Made by a program: the position numbers and the translations under genes. The notes beneath the pieces are model-generated. The model saw only the letters and a program-made list of their open reading frames with translations, had not been told where the DNA came from and searched no databases. A DNA stretch of 64,000 nt from a virus: IMG/VR virus record IMGVR_UViG_3300029566_000004; one strand, written 5' to 3'. Each line of letters opens with the position of its first letter. Position 1 is the stretch's first letter. Below are positions 53,590-62,723 of the stretch, one piece after another.

Positions 53590-54430
53590 ACCCTAGCTTT
53601 GCGCTATTCCTAGTCGCAACAGTATTACAAAATATTACAATTTTACTGATTTGTCCTTTTTCCAATTTGGAAAATAAATAACCGAGTGCAAGAGTAGTTT
53701 TACCAGAGCCTGGCGCCCCCTTAAGCATTGTGACTTGATTTTGTAAAAGACTATCAACCGCACAAGCTTGATATATATCTCCGCGAATTGATTTAATATC
53801 GCCAAATAGTCGTGAAGAAAATACACCATACTTTAAATGCCTATGCGACATTCCAGTCCATACTACTGTATCTATTGGTTTATGATTTTTATCACATATA
53901 ATTAAATATTGTCCGATATTTAAATTATATATATTTACATTTTGATTTGAATAAAAATAACTTAATTCATCATCTGATAAAGTTTTTTCCATATAACCAG
54001 TATACTCTGGTTCTTGGTCATATCCAACCATTTCGATTGAATCATTACCAAAAATTAAATTAGATAATATAAATAAAGACATGTCATTTGTTACAAATAC
54101 AACTTCATCAGGATGATATTTTATATCATAATAAGTTGCGCAAGCTAAAATTCGCATATCGTTATTATCTAAATATAATCCAACTTTCTGTAAAGGCTCA
54201 AGCATTTCTGGTTGATAATTAATTACATCGTATTTATCAATATTATGGTATAATTGATTTAATAATTGTCTTGCCGTATATTTTATATCAGAGTCTTTAT
54301 TGGCAGATACTTTTATCAATTCCAGCTCTTCTAAAGTAATTGATGAAATGGCAAATCGATTATTAAATAACTTACTTCCCATCACTAATAGACTGCTGGT
54401 ATCATAAAATTTAAAAGTTGTCGTCCTCAT
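53590..54430 (-). CDS. PhoH-like ATPase with N-terminal PIN-like domain, exon 1
   Basis: Walker A GAPGSGKTT. Ends ..VATRNSAKLG. Exons sum to 419 codons in frame. Confidence 0.7.
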
Positions 54431-54464
54431 CTAACTCCTCCTCATAAGTGTTGGGTCTTGGTGA

Positions 54465-54671
54465 CTAGAACCCAATCACATTATGAACAATTTCACCACT
54501 TTGTTCATCTGTGATTTTTATAATTTCACTTTTTATTTTGGTAATTTTTATCATTATTTGATATTTCCATTTTTCAAAAACCACCTGTATCAATTCAGTG
54601 ATACCTACTAATAAAGGGTATGCTATGGTTGTAAATATAATACCTAAAATAAAATTAATCAAAATAGTCAC
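54465..54671 (-). CDS. Small membrane protein (68 aa)
   Basis: GTG start after AAAGAGG. Hydrophobic N terminus ILINFILGIIFTTIAYPLLVGI. Confidence 0.45.
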   Translation of the reverse strand: MTILINFILGIIFTTIAYPLLVGITELIQVVFEKWKYQIMIKITKIKSEIIKITDEQSGEIVHNVIGF

Positions 54672-54717
54672 CTCTTTTCATAGCCTTCATAAAATTATAG
54701 ACGATAGACTAAATTGA

Positions 54718-55152
54718 TTAATTTGATTTGGCCTTTCTTAATCTGCGAATTGCAGTGTAAAAATGATTCTTTGCTTTTAAATAAGCAGCTAATTCAAGTC
54801 TTTGTTGTGCAACTAATTTTTGAATTTCATGTAAATCATCTTCAATTTGTTTAATTTTACGTAAAAGCATTTTAGATTCATAATTATTTGGATTATGCTT
54901 AGAACTTTGATCTATATTATGTAAAAATTTTTTTAATGTATATAATTCAGGTTTTATAATATAATCACGAATATGTTTATTTAAAGCGATAGTGGCGCGC
55001 ATTTGTGCAATAGTGCATCCAGTTTTCTCACTCATCATATCTCTGTCTTCTTCAGCACATTGTGCAGTTTTAGTTATTGTAATTCCATCAGGAGCGATTA
55101 AAGTACAAGTTGCTATGCCTTTTTCTGCGTCCCAATTAATAAAATCTTTCAT
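54718..55152 (-). CDS. Hypothetical protein (144 aa)
   Basis: ATG follows AAAGGAGG. First gene after its promoter. Confidence 0.5.
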   Translation of the reverse strand: MKDFINWDAEKGIATCTLIAPDGITITKTAQCAEEDRDMMSEKTGCTIAQMRATIALNKHIRDYIIKPELYTLKKFLHNIDQSSKHNPNNYESKMLLRKIKQIEDDLHEIQKLVAQQRLELAAYLKAKNHFYTAIRRLRKAKSN

Positions 55153-55185
55153 TAAGAAACCTCCTTTGTTCTCAATACTACTATC

Positions 55186-55214
55186 ATTATACCAAAAAAA
55201 TATTTTTTAAGCAA
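55186..55214 (-). promoter_or_regulatory. Promoter (TTGCTT-N17-TGGTATAAT)
   Basis: -35 at 55209-55214, -10 at 55186-55191. Confidence 0.55.
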
Positions 55215-55289
55215 GTTTAGCCTTTTTGGTAAAAAATTTTCCATATGCGATTTTTGGTTCAGTTTCGGTCGAGTTCGAGTATAACAAAA

Positions 55290-55310
55290 AGCCCAGCACT
55301 AAGCTGAGCT
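55290..55310 (-). terminator. Rho-independent terminator
   Basis: AGCTCAGC-N5-GCTGGGCT (one mismatch), followed by TTTTTGTTAT on the minus strand. Confidence 0.55.
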
Positions 55311-55358
55311 TTATTGGAATGAATCAATATGGTAAAAAATAATAAAAATCAATGTTTC

Positions 55359-55910
55359 TTATCCAGAAGTGATACAATTGCGCATTTGTTGTTCCATATC
55401 GGCAATTATTTCATCTAATGATATCGGCTTGCAATCATGTGCATCTACCGATACATTATATACATATGGCAAATCATTATAGAATTTGCGTTTGTCATGT
55501 GTATGGCCCGAAAGATTGAGCGTCATCTGCTTAAGTGATTCACGCTCAAGGTTGCCTGTCATACAAGGGTAATGGGTCATGAAAAAGTGATGTTTATTAT
55601 ACTTGAGCTTAATCGCAAGCGCAACTTCAACCACATTCGGGCAAGTGCGGTAAAGCGCTTCGCGTGTATCAGTATCATGATTACCTAAAACAATATGTAC
55701 TCGGCAAGGAATTTGCAGAAGATATTCCAATCCCTTCTGGTTATCTCCAAGCATTACATCGCCGAGAATATAAAGATCATCATCGGGTTGAAGTTGAAGC
55801 AGATTATGAAGAATAACCCCATTCATTTCTTCTACGTTATTAAAACCACGTGGTTCATATAAAAATGCGCGGTCATGATTAAAATGGAGGTCAGAAGTTA
55901 CATAAATCAT
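55359..55910 (-). CDS. Calcineurin-like metallophosphoesterase
   Basis: SDLHFNH, GDVMLGD, GNHD and GHTH motifs. Confidence 0.7.
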   Translation of the reverse strand: MIYVTSDLHFNHDRAFLYEPRGFNNVEEMNGVILHNLLQLQPDDDLYILGDVMLGDNQKGLEYLLQIPCRVHIVLGNHDTDTREALYRTCPNVVEVALAIKLKYNKHHFFMTHYPCMTGNLERESLKQMTLNLSGHTHDKRKFYNDLPYVYNVSVDAHDCKPISLDEIIADMEQQMRNCITSG

Positions 55911-55932
55911 TTTTTACCTCTCTTTTCTGCGT

Positions 55933-56487
55933 TTAATACACTTTATTTTCATAAGGCGATTCTAAATATAAAACCTTTACTGATATTTTCGTATCATTTT
56001 CTGGACGTTCAAATGAATTCCACATACGAGTAACAATATCATCTGGTACAATAGCATGGTAAGCGCGCTGATGATTACGCTTTATCGTTTCTTTTAACGA
56101 GGCTCTGATAACAAGCACCGTTACTTCAACATTGGACAAATCCAAACGCTTTAACACTTTTAAACGAGATTTTTCAGTTAAATGAGTTGCATCAGCATAT
56201 ATACGAGTAGGCCCTTTGGCATCATTCAGATAATTCTGAATAGTTTCAATAAATTCATTGAAAACTTCGGTTTCATGAGTAAAATAATGGTCGTCTTTAG
56301 ACTGCATATAGCTAAAGCGAATTTCATCGCGAGATACTACAGCGCAATCAGAACCGATAGCATTTGCTCGCAACCAGGTGCTTTTCCCAGAGCCAGGAGC
56401 GCCGCACATCAAGAAAAGCTGTTTCTTTTCAGGCTCTTTATTAATCTCCACAGGTTTTTTTGATTTCTTAAAAAGATTAAATTCCAT
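55933..56487 (-). CDS. P-loop kinase (AAA_33 / polynucleotide-kinase-like)
   Basis: Walker A CGAPGSGKST followed by VVSRDEIR (the phosphoacceptor-binding motif of PNK-like kinases). Confidence 0.6.
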   Translation of the reverse strand: MEFNLFKKSKKPVEINKEPEKKQLFLMCGAPGSGKSTWLRANAIGSDCAVVSRDEIRFSYMQSKDDHYFTHETEVFNEFIETIQNYLNDAKGPTRIYADATHLTEKSRLKVLKRLDLSNVEVTVLVIRASLKETIKRNHQRAYHAIVPDDIVTRMWNSFERPENDTKISVKVLYLESPYENKVY

Positions 56488-57214
56488 AGATATTTCCTTT
56501 CACACGGTCATAAAACGGTATATGCTCACAAGTGTCTAAATTTAATAGTATCGCTCCACCAGACCAAAAAGAACCATTATCGATATCGATTTTATGGTCA
56601 TCACCATATATAAGCAGAGTAGGCTCATGCGGCACATCCATATGTAACTCATCGACTACAAAAGGAATTGGAGTATGACCATGGACGCATACTTCATCGG
56701 GTCGCTCACCGTTATCTTCTGGCACAATCACCTTATCACGAAAATGATTTCTGTCCCAAATTAAATCTTCACGGATAGGCAAATCTTTACGATATGGAGT
56801 ATATCCCGCATGCGATAAATGCCAAATTGTGTTATTTTTTTCACTAAAATAATCCATATGTATAGGCAGTGTGCGCAAACGATCCAACCATACTTTGCGC
56901 TCTTCTGGGGTCTCTTTTAACCAGCCCCTATATGTATCATAGCCGTCATTCACTATTACTAATTCAAGAGATTCATTGAAAGGATAGCCAGCAAGACACT
57001 CTTCCATGGCATTTATAAGCATATCTTCATGATTGCCCATCAGATAGATAAACTGCGGATTAGTGTATACAGCTTTGATTAATTCCCAGTTCTTATAACC
57101 ACGATCGCCGCAATCGCCTAAACAAATTACTTTATCTTCTGGTTTAATATAATCGAGAATTTGCTCATAAATATCATACATACCGTGTAGATCTGAACAC
57201 ACATACATCGACAT
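56477..57214 (-). CDS. Ser/Thr-type (lambda PPase-like) metallophosphatase
   Basis: SDLHGMY, GDCGDRG, GNHEDM and GHTP motifs. Confidence 0.75.
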   Translation of the reverse strand: MSMYVCSDLHGMYDIYEQILDYIKPEDKVICLGDCGDRGYKNWELIKAVYTNPQFIYLMGNHEDMLINAMEECLAGYPFNESLELVIVNDGYDTYRGWLKETPEERKVWLDRLRTLPIHMDYFSEKNNTIWHLSHAGYTPYRKDLPIREDLIWDRNHFRDKVIVPEDNGERPDEVCVHGHTPIPFVVDELHMDVPHEPTLLIYGDDHKIDIDNGSFWSGGAILLNLDTCEHIPFYDRVKGNIYGI

Positions 57215-57245
57215 GTTAAATTTCTCCTTTTATTTTTCTATATAT

Positions 57246-57274
57246 ATTATAACAAATTTTTTTATAAAAATCAA
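57246..57274 (-). promoter_or_regulatory. Early promoter (TTGATT-N17-TATAAT-ATATATAGAAAA)
   Basis: -35 at 57269-57274, -10 at 57246-57251. Confidence 0.6.
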
Positions 57275-57296
57275 AGGCGGCTGTTATGCCGCCTTT
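57273..57296. terminator. Rho-independent terminator (symmetrical A/T flanks)
   Basis: AAAGGCGGC-N6-GCCGCCTTT. Its U-tract overlaps the -35 of the next promoter. Confidence 0.7.
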
Positions 57297-57299
57297 TTC

Positions 57300-57473
57300 T
57301 CAATCCTTTTTCTTATTATCTAGCAGAAGTGAAATGTTTAAGCCGCAGCATTTATATTCTGAATTATATAGCATACATTTCTCTTCAAAACATTCTTCGA
57401 CCTTTTCGTTACCAGTAAAGGGATCTGTACGAGAACGCAATGGACAAAGTTTTATTTCTACAAGTCTACCCAT
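57300..57473 (-). CDS. Small Cys-rich protein (57 aa)
   Basis: ATG 57473 follows GAGGT (the track start is further upstream, inside the ligase gene). Six Cys residues. Confidence 0.45.
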   Translation of the reverse strand: MGRLVEIKLCPLRSRTDPFTGNEKVEECFEEKCMLYNSEYKCCGLNISLLLDNKKKD

Positions 57474-57480
57474 ATATACC

Positions 57481-58911
57481 TCACATTTCTGATGCGATAT
57501 CTGCATCGGCAACATCAATTGCCTCTTCAGTTATAATACCAGATAAACACTTAAATGTGAAATTCTTGTGTTTATAGGCAGTAAATGAAGGACGATTTAC
57601 AATACGGACCACTACACCTTCGCGCACATGGGTTTTACCTATTGGGTCTGGACCGTCGCAGTAAGTTTCAGCAGCTTCCATTACCCATTCTCCGGGAGTT
57701 TTAGTAACATAATCAATAATTCCTTCACTATTTAGATATAGAATATTGCGGTCATTACTATCTGGAATGCGGAGCTGCTCAAACACAGGAACAGTTTTAC
57801 AACCCATTTGCTCACAACGATAACGCATATAGTCAGGAGTATATTCTACGACATTGCCATCCTCATTAGTCATAGTCATACGATATACATAGAAATCAGA
57901 CTGAGACACAGGCTCTGGGATGCTAAATACACTGATTTCATCACGATAGAATTTTTTGCGCTGACCAGTTGGCTCACAGCCATATGAGAATACAGTAGTA
58001 GGACCATACTGACGCTCAAATTCTTTATCGTTTAACTTTTTATTACTTACTGATCCCATAATAGGCGCACCAGAAGTAGTAAAACCAACAACTTCGTAGA
58101 ATACTTCTTCACCCTTATGAAGTTTGCCTTCGAAGAACTTTGCGTGTGGCTCACGGAATTCATTAGAGCCATAGAAACCGCCATCGAAATTGTCAAGTAC
58201 AGTACGACGAGTACCAGTTACATAACCCCAATCATAAATTGGCTTGCCGGGACGACGGAATAGTTTGTCCCAAAAAGTGCGCTTCATACCCTTAAACACT
58301 GGCAGATAACCGGTGCGCTGAGAGGTGCCATGCAATTTGAGTGTAATCTCAATCTCGTCACCAGGCTTAAAAGCGTTAAGATTATACGCAAGTTGTTCAG
58401 TATCGGCGTGCTCGTTAAATAAAGGCGCAATAGGTATATTCTTAGGCTTATTCTTACGAGTGCGGTTTGGGCTATTAAATTCATTATGAGCCTTTACCTT
58501 AGGAATATATTTATCACAAATCCCGTGGCCATTAAGCTCATGGATAACAGCGCCTTCAGTTAAGAGAGACATATCTACACCAGTATATGCTACTGAGTCA
58601 AGAGCCATAAAGATACCATCAGAAGGTTCTCCGCGCAAACGAATAGTCTTGATGTTGCGCTTATCAGGCTCAAGATATCCACCAACATTTTTACCAGTTT
58701 CATCCTTGCGACGTACAAGATTATTCTGTGCGCAAAACTCTTCGCTTAACTGAAGCCCAGATGGGAAATAAATACCCATATCACCAAGTTTTACATCCAG
58801 ACCAACGCAAGTTTCACAGTCAAAGAACTTAGCGATTTGTAACTTATTGGCGTTCATATGTGGACGCAACTCTTTTACTTTCACTACATAACCACAGTGA
58901 GTAATACTCAT
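57481..58911 (-). CDS. RNA ligase-like nucleotidyltransferase (N-terminal OB-like domain plus adenylyltransferase)
   Basis: MSITHCGY start at 58911 after AAGGAG (ATGA overlap with the upstream gene). Candidate motif I KLHGTS. The architecture recalls the DRB0094/Rnl5-type ligases. Confidence 0.55.
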   Translation of the reverse strand: MSITHCGYVVKVKELRPHMNANKLQIAKFFDCETCVGLDVKLGDMGIYFPSGLQLSEEFCAQNNLVRRKDETGKNVGGYLEPDKRNIKTIRLRGEPSDGIFMALDSVAYTGVDMSLLTEGAVIHELNGHGICDKYIPKVKAHNEFNSPNRTRKNKPKNIPIAPLFNEHADTEQLAYNLNAFKPGDEIEITLKLHGTSQRTGYLPVFKGMKRTFWDKLFRRPGKPIYDWGYVTGTRRTVLDNFDGGFYGSNEFREPHAKFFEGKLHKGEEVFYEVVGFTTSGAPIMGSVSNKKLNDKEFERQYGPTTVFSYGCEPTGQRKKFYRDEISVFSIPEPVSQSDFYVYRMTMTNEDGNVVEYTPDYMRYRCEQMGCKTVPVFEQLRIPDSNDRNILYLNSEGIIDYVTKTPGEWVMEAAETYCDGPDPIGKTHVREGVVVRIVNRPSFTAYKHKNFTFKCLSGIITEEAIDVADADIASEM

Positions 58912-59783
58912 TTTATATCTCCTTTCTGAACAACAGTCCAATTTAAATTTTGATAAGTCAATTTATTCATATCTGACCAAATAATTTTTTTTGCAAGTGC
59001 TTTGTTGTCACGCTTATACTTAGGCATTGTTTTACGAATATGATTACACAGCCAATCACAAGCCTCTGTAAAAGTATTAAAACTATGTTTAAGTGCTTTA
59101 GTATCAGCATCATAAGCATATATGCATTCAGTATTATTGATAATTGCTTTGCGTGCTTTAGGATCAAGGCCCAAACGTGTAACTGCGGGCTTTGTTCCTT
59201 TCGCTACGAGTGCAGATTTATTTATTTCTGTTTTAGGCTCATAGTCCGGGAAAGGATGACCTTTTACCGTACCTCCTTGGTTCACCTCATCAAAAACAAT
59301 TTTGAGAAATTCGGCATCTTCAAGAGCATTATGCGTCTGAACGAATTCCTCTTTTTTATAATAATTTACAACTTTAATAAGAGCAATTTCTTTAATTAAT
59401 CCAAAATGATTTTTAACAGTAGGAGCATAATTCACAAGGTTAGCCGCAATCAAAGAAAGTGACATTTGTGCGGTTATGCTAGTAGCTTTTTTAATTGCTT
59501 TACGCACAAATGTTAAATCTGTATTGCCATAACAGAAAAAGCGGCAAGGTGTGCCATCATTATGTTCTAATACCCAATAGAAAAAATGAGTAAATACATC
59601 ATCTAAACTGGGCGCCGCTTTATTCATTCCATCAGTAATACCAGTTAAATTAGTAATAAAAGAAGTAATTTTCTTATCGGTATAAACCATACTGGAAAAT
59701 TTTGCATCTGTCTCACTAACGCAACCAATTGAAATAATTTCATTGGAAAATTGTGTTGCTTCAAAGTCAATAAAATAATTCAT
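58908..59783 (-). CDS. DEDDh (DnaQ-like) 3'-5' exonuclease with extra C-terminal domain
   Basis: FIDFEAT (Exo I) and HNALEDAEF (Exo III). Confidence 0.7.
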   Translation of the reverse strand: MNYFIDFEATQFSNEIISIGCVSETDAKFSSMVYTDKKITSFITNLTGITDGMNKAAPSLDDVFTHFFYWVLEHNDGTPCRFFCYGNTDLTFVRKAIKKATSITAQMSLSLIAANLVNYAPTVKNHFGLIKEIALIKVVNYYKKEEFVQTHNALEDAEFLKIVFDEVNQGGTVKGHPFPDYEPKTEINKSALVAKGTKPAVTRLGLDPKARKAIINNTECIYAYDADTKALKHSFNTFTEACDWLCNHIRKTMPKYKRDNKALAKKIIWSDMNKLTYQNLNWTVVQKGDIK

Positions 59784-59784
59784 T

Positions 59785-60627
59785 TTATACCTCTAAGAAA
59801 CTTTTAAGTTTATTACTTCTTATAGGATTACGCAGTTTAGTCAATGCTCGCTCTTCAATCCGACGAATCCATTCTCGACTATAACCAAGTATTGTACCCA
59901 CTTCTTCAAGCGATCTTTGAGAATGCCCATCTATGCCAAAACGCAATTTAATTACTTCACGCTCTTTTTCAGGAAGGGTATCTAAAACGGTTGAAACCAT
60001 GGTCTTTAATTCAATAGAATAAATAGCATCAATAGGATCAACAGAATTTTCATCTGCAATTAAATCTCCAATGGTTGTTTCATCTTCATCAGTAAGAATA
60101 GTATTAGTTGAAATAGGTTCTATAAAAAACGAAGTAATTTCTTCTACTTCTTTTGAAGTCAATCCCATTGCTTTTGCAATTTGATGCTTGGTTGGCTCAT
60201 GACCAAGAGCTTGACGCAATGCTTCTGTGGTTTTACGAATTTTATTATAAGTCTCTTGAACATTAGCGGGAATGCGTGCAGTGCGATTCTGATTAACAAT
60301 TTCACGTCTAATCGCTTGTTTAATCCAATAAGTAGCATAAGTTGAAAATTTATTCGTAGAAGTCAAATCAAATTTTTCAATTGCTGGAATAAGTCCTATA
60401 CTACCGATAGAAATAAGATCATCATTATCAAGCCCAGAGCATGTATAACGTCCAGCAATAGATTTAACAAGACGCATATTATGCATCATCAATTCATTAC
60501 GTGCTTCAATGTCGCCAGTTTGAGCGCGCTTAAGTAATTCGCGTTCCTCTTCAAATGTTAACAAGTCATAACTGTTCAGTTTAGCACGATAAGCATGTGA
60601 ACTATTGATGTCATTAATTGTACTCAT
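59785..60627 (-). CDS. Sigma-70 family RNA polymerase sigma factor
   Basis: Region 2 (NMRLVKSIAGRY..DDLISIGSIGLIPAIEKFD..FSTYATYWIKQAIRREI), region 3, and region 4 (EREVIKLRFGI..SLEEVG..SREWIRRIEERALTKLR). Confidence 0.85.
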   Translation of the reverse strand: MSTINDINSSHAYRAKLNSYDLLTFEEERELLKRAQTGDIEARNELMMHNMRLVKSIAGRYTCSGLDNDDLISIGSIGLIPAIEKFDLTSTNKFSTYATYWIKQAIRREIVNQNRTARIPANVQETYNKIRKTTEALRQALGHEPTKHQIAKAMGLTSKEVEEITSFFIEPISTNTILTDEDETTIGDLIADENSVDPIDAIYSIELKTMVSTVLDTLPEKEREVIKLRFGIDGHSQRSLEEVGTILGYSREWIRRIEERALTKLRNPIRSNKLKSFLEV

Positions 60628-60674
60628 TGACTTCCCCCTTATTTATCTTTATCTTTCTTTGATTTTCTATATAT

Positions 60675-60703
60675 ATTTTATCATATTTTTTTTTAAAAAT
60701 CAA
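60675..60703 (-). promoter_or_regulatory. Early promoter (TTGATT-N17-TAAAAT-ATATATAGAAAA) upstream of the sigma factor operon
   Basis: -35 at 60698-60703, -10 at 60675-60680. Confidence 0.55.
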
Positions 60704-60721
60704 AAAAGGTATATACACTAG

Positions 60722-60763
<42 letters not shown>

Positions 60764-60775
60764 GTCGTATAGTTG

Positions 60776-61613
60776 TCATGTACAGAGCATACATGGAGCA
60801 AGATTACGCCCAGTATTTAATATCTGCGTTTTATTATATTCACGCCAACGTTTAGCAATATTTTCAATATTTTCTATATCATAATAGAAATACTCAAAAT
60901 GCAGATCTTCAATACGATCAATGTGATAATGACCCATAAGCCAAGCATATCTAATTTTGATTTTATGGCGTAATTCCTCGAGCCATTTTTCCATAGTAGT
61001 ATCAACTTCACTTTGTTCAATAAAGCTAAGGAATTTATCGAAGGGGCGCATAGTAAAAGGTGCAGTATGAGACATTACAAAATCAAATTCTGGAGAAGTT
61101 TCAAATAGCAGCTCTGCGTCTTTCATCTCTTCTGGAGTTAATTGCTCATCAGAGAACCAACCACTTATTTTTGGATCATTATTTCCCTCGCACAAGCCAG
61201 CTCTTGCGAGACGATACCATTTATCTACAGAATAAGCACCACCAATTATTGCAACACGATAGCCGCCAATCATATATATGCCATAGTCAAGAAAATATCG
61301 AATGCGAGGATATTTTGGCTCCATATAAATCCAATTTTGGACATTCTCGTCATAGATTTTTTGCATCCCATTAATGGATTGCGGTCTTGCTTCATGATTG
61401 CCACGTAGACAGTAATAATAACATTGCGTAGTATTTATAATAATTTCCTTGGTATCTACATCGCGTTTGTTGAGATAATAATTGAATCCTACATCACCCA
61501 ATATGATTACTGCGGCCTCGTCGTCGAACACGCATGGCACACTTTGCATTGCATAAAGGCTACCATGAACATCGCTAACCCATAACAAACCATTTTTTTA
61601 GTTTGTTACTCAT
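60776..61613 (-). CDS. Calcineurin-like metallophosphoesterase; frame change in an A7 run 7 codons after the SD-supported ATG
   Basis: GAAGGTG-N8-ATG 61613 encodes MSNKLKK. The long ORF (track 60776..61588, VSDVHGS, GDVGFN, GNHE) is in the +1 frame from the A7 run at 61593-61599. Confidence 0.65.
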
Positions 61614-61646
61614 ATTATATCACCTTCTTTACTATTTTCTATATAT

Positions 61647-61675
61647 ATTATAACAAAAAATTATAAAAAAATCAA
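61647..61675 (-). promoter_or_regulatory. Early promoter (TTGATT-N17-TATAAT-ATATATAGAAAA), leftward arm of the divergent region
   Basis: -35 at 61670-61675, -10 at 61647-61652. Confidence 0.6.
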
Positions 61676-61754
61676 ATTATTGCTTTGGACAAACACAGTT
61701 AAATCTTATAGGTATTTTTTCAAAGTAAATGACCGTATGAAGGAGGTGCTAGAT

Positions 61755-61934
61755 ATGATTACATTAATGTCAACTAATGGTCAGGTTCAATATGACCATG
61801 ACGAATGGGTTGTTGACAAAGAAGAAGACTTAAAATTATTGCCGAGGAAAAGCGGTATGGGAAGTGTCGCTATTGTCATATCTACCGGAAAAGTGTATAT
61901 GAAGGATAGCTCCGGCGAATGGAAGGTAATCTAA
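61755..61934 (+). CDS. Small protein (59 aa), first gene of the rightward late block
   Basis: ATG 61755 follows GAAGGAGGTG (the track start 61680 is an upstream TTG). Confidence 0.5.
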   Translation: MITLMSTNGQVQYDHDEWVVDKEEDLKLLPRKSGMGSVAIVISTGKVYMKDSSGEWKVI

Positions 61935-61935
61935 T

Positions 61936-62184
61936 ATGGATTTAATAACATATGCTTTATTAAAGCGATAGATAGCTGAAAGCGGAGTTGATATTGAAAC
62001 TATCATTCCCCATATAGGTGAAAATGGGAATTGGTACATCGGTGATAAAGACACAGGCGTTTCTGCGTTGCCCCCAGACGTAACTAACGTAGACATAGCT
62101 GACATCCAATAGGAAAAAGATGTTACTTTATATATTTTTGGTGGGTCTGCCTCCCAAGTTTTACCAAAGGAGGAAAATGAATAA
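61936..62184 (+). CDS. Small fibre-associated protein (82 aa), two in-frame TAG
   Basis: ATG 61936. TAG at 61969 and 62110. IGENGNWYIGDKDTGV motif. TAA overlaps the next ATG (TAATG). Confidence 0.5.
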
Positions 62185-62708
62185 TGTCCAAAGTATTAAA
62201 AGCGGTCGTTTAGCTGCGACGTGATAATGAATTTAATTTTGAACCTATTGCGAATTCATTCGTTCCCGCCAATGGCGAAGTAGTTCTAATAGATACACGT
62301 CGAGATGGTTTGCGTGCAAAAGTAGGAGATGGTAAAACTCCCTTGGCCAATCTTATTTGGACTGATGCACGTTATCGCGATACCGTTGTGACGGGGTATT
62401 ATGATGAATCTGAAGATGTTTTTTATGAAACAGATGCCAAAGAAGTAACTTTATCTGCCTATACCAATCGTCTTTATATTGACAGATGGCGCAATAAAGT
62501 TTATTATTTTAATGGATTAACTTACGTATTAGTGGATGGGACTTGTCCCCCCGCATCCGCTACAATACCTGGCATAGTTAAATTATATTCTACTACTGGC
62601 CAGAACACAGATGGCACAATGACTCAGAAAGCAATTACTGATGCATTAGACACAAAGTCTAAAGCTTCTGTAGATTTGCAAGATGAGCTTTTAGTTTTTT
62701 CAATTTAA
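62184..62708 (+). CDS. Tail fibre N-terminal-domain protein (174 aa), TAG at codon 10
   Basis: AAAGGAGG-N9-ATG 62184. MSKVLKAVV(TAG)LRRDNE..PANGEVVLIDT..LRAKVGDGKTPLANL matches the widespread fibre/hyaluronidase N-terminal motif. Continues into track ORF 62310..62708. Confidence 0.7.
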
Positions 62709-62723
62709 GGAGGAAAAATTTAT

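Noticed and set aside
55215-55290. Possible tRNA or small RNA in the 55.2-55.3 kb intergenic region (GGTTCAGTTTCGGTCGAGTTCGAGT)
   Set aside because: I could not fold a cloverleaf and found no acceptor/T-arm pairing. Only a downstream terminator hairpin is convincing.
25316-59167. Same-strand alternative-frame ORFs (25316..25507, 36646..36843, 38834..39055, 39959..40159, 43083..43316, 49493..49684, 53635..53829, 58284..58484, 58967..59167)
   Set aside because: They are nested out of frame inside longer genes with clear homology motifs, and nothing supports them independently.
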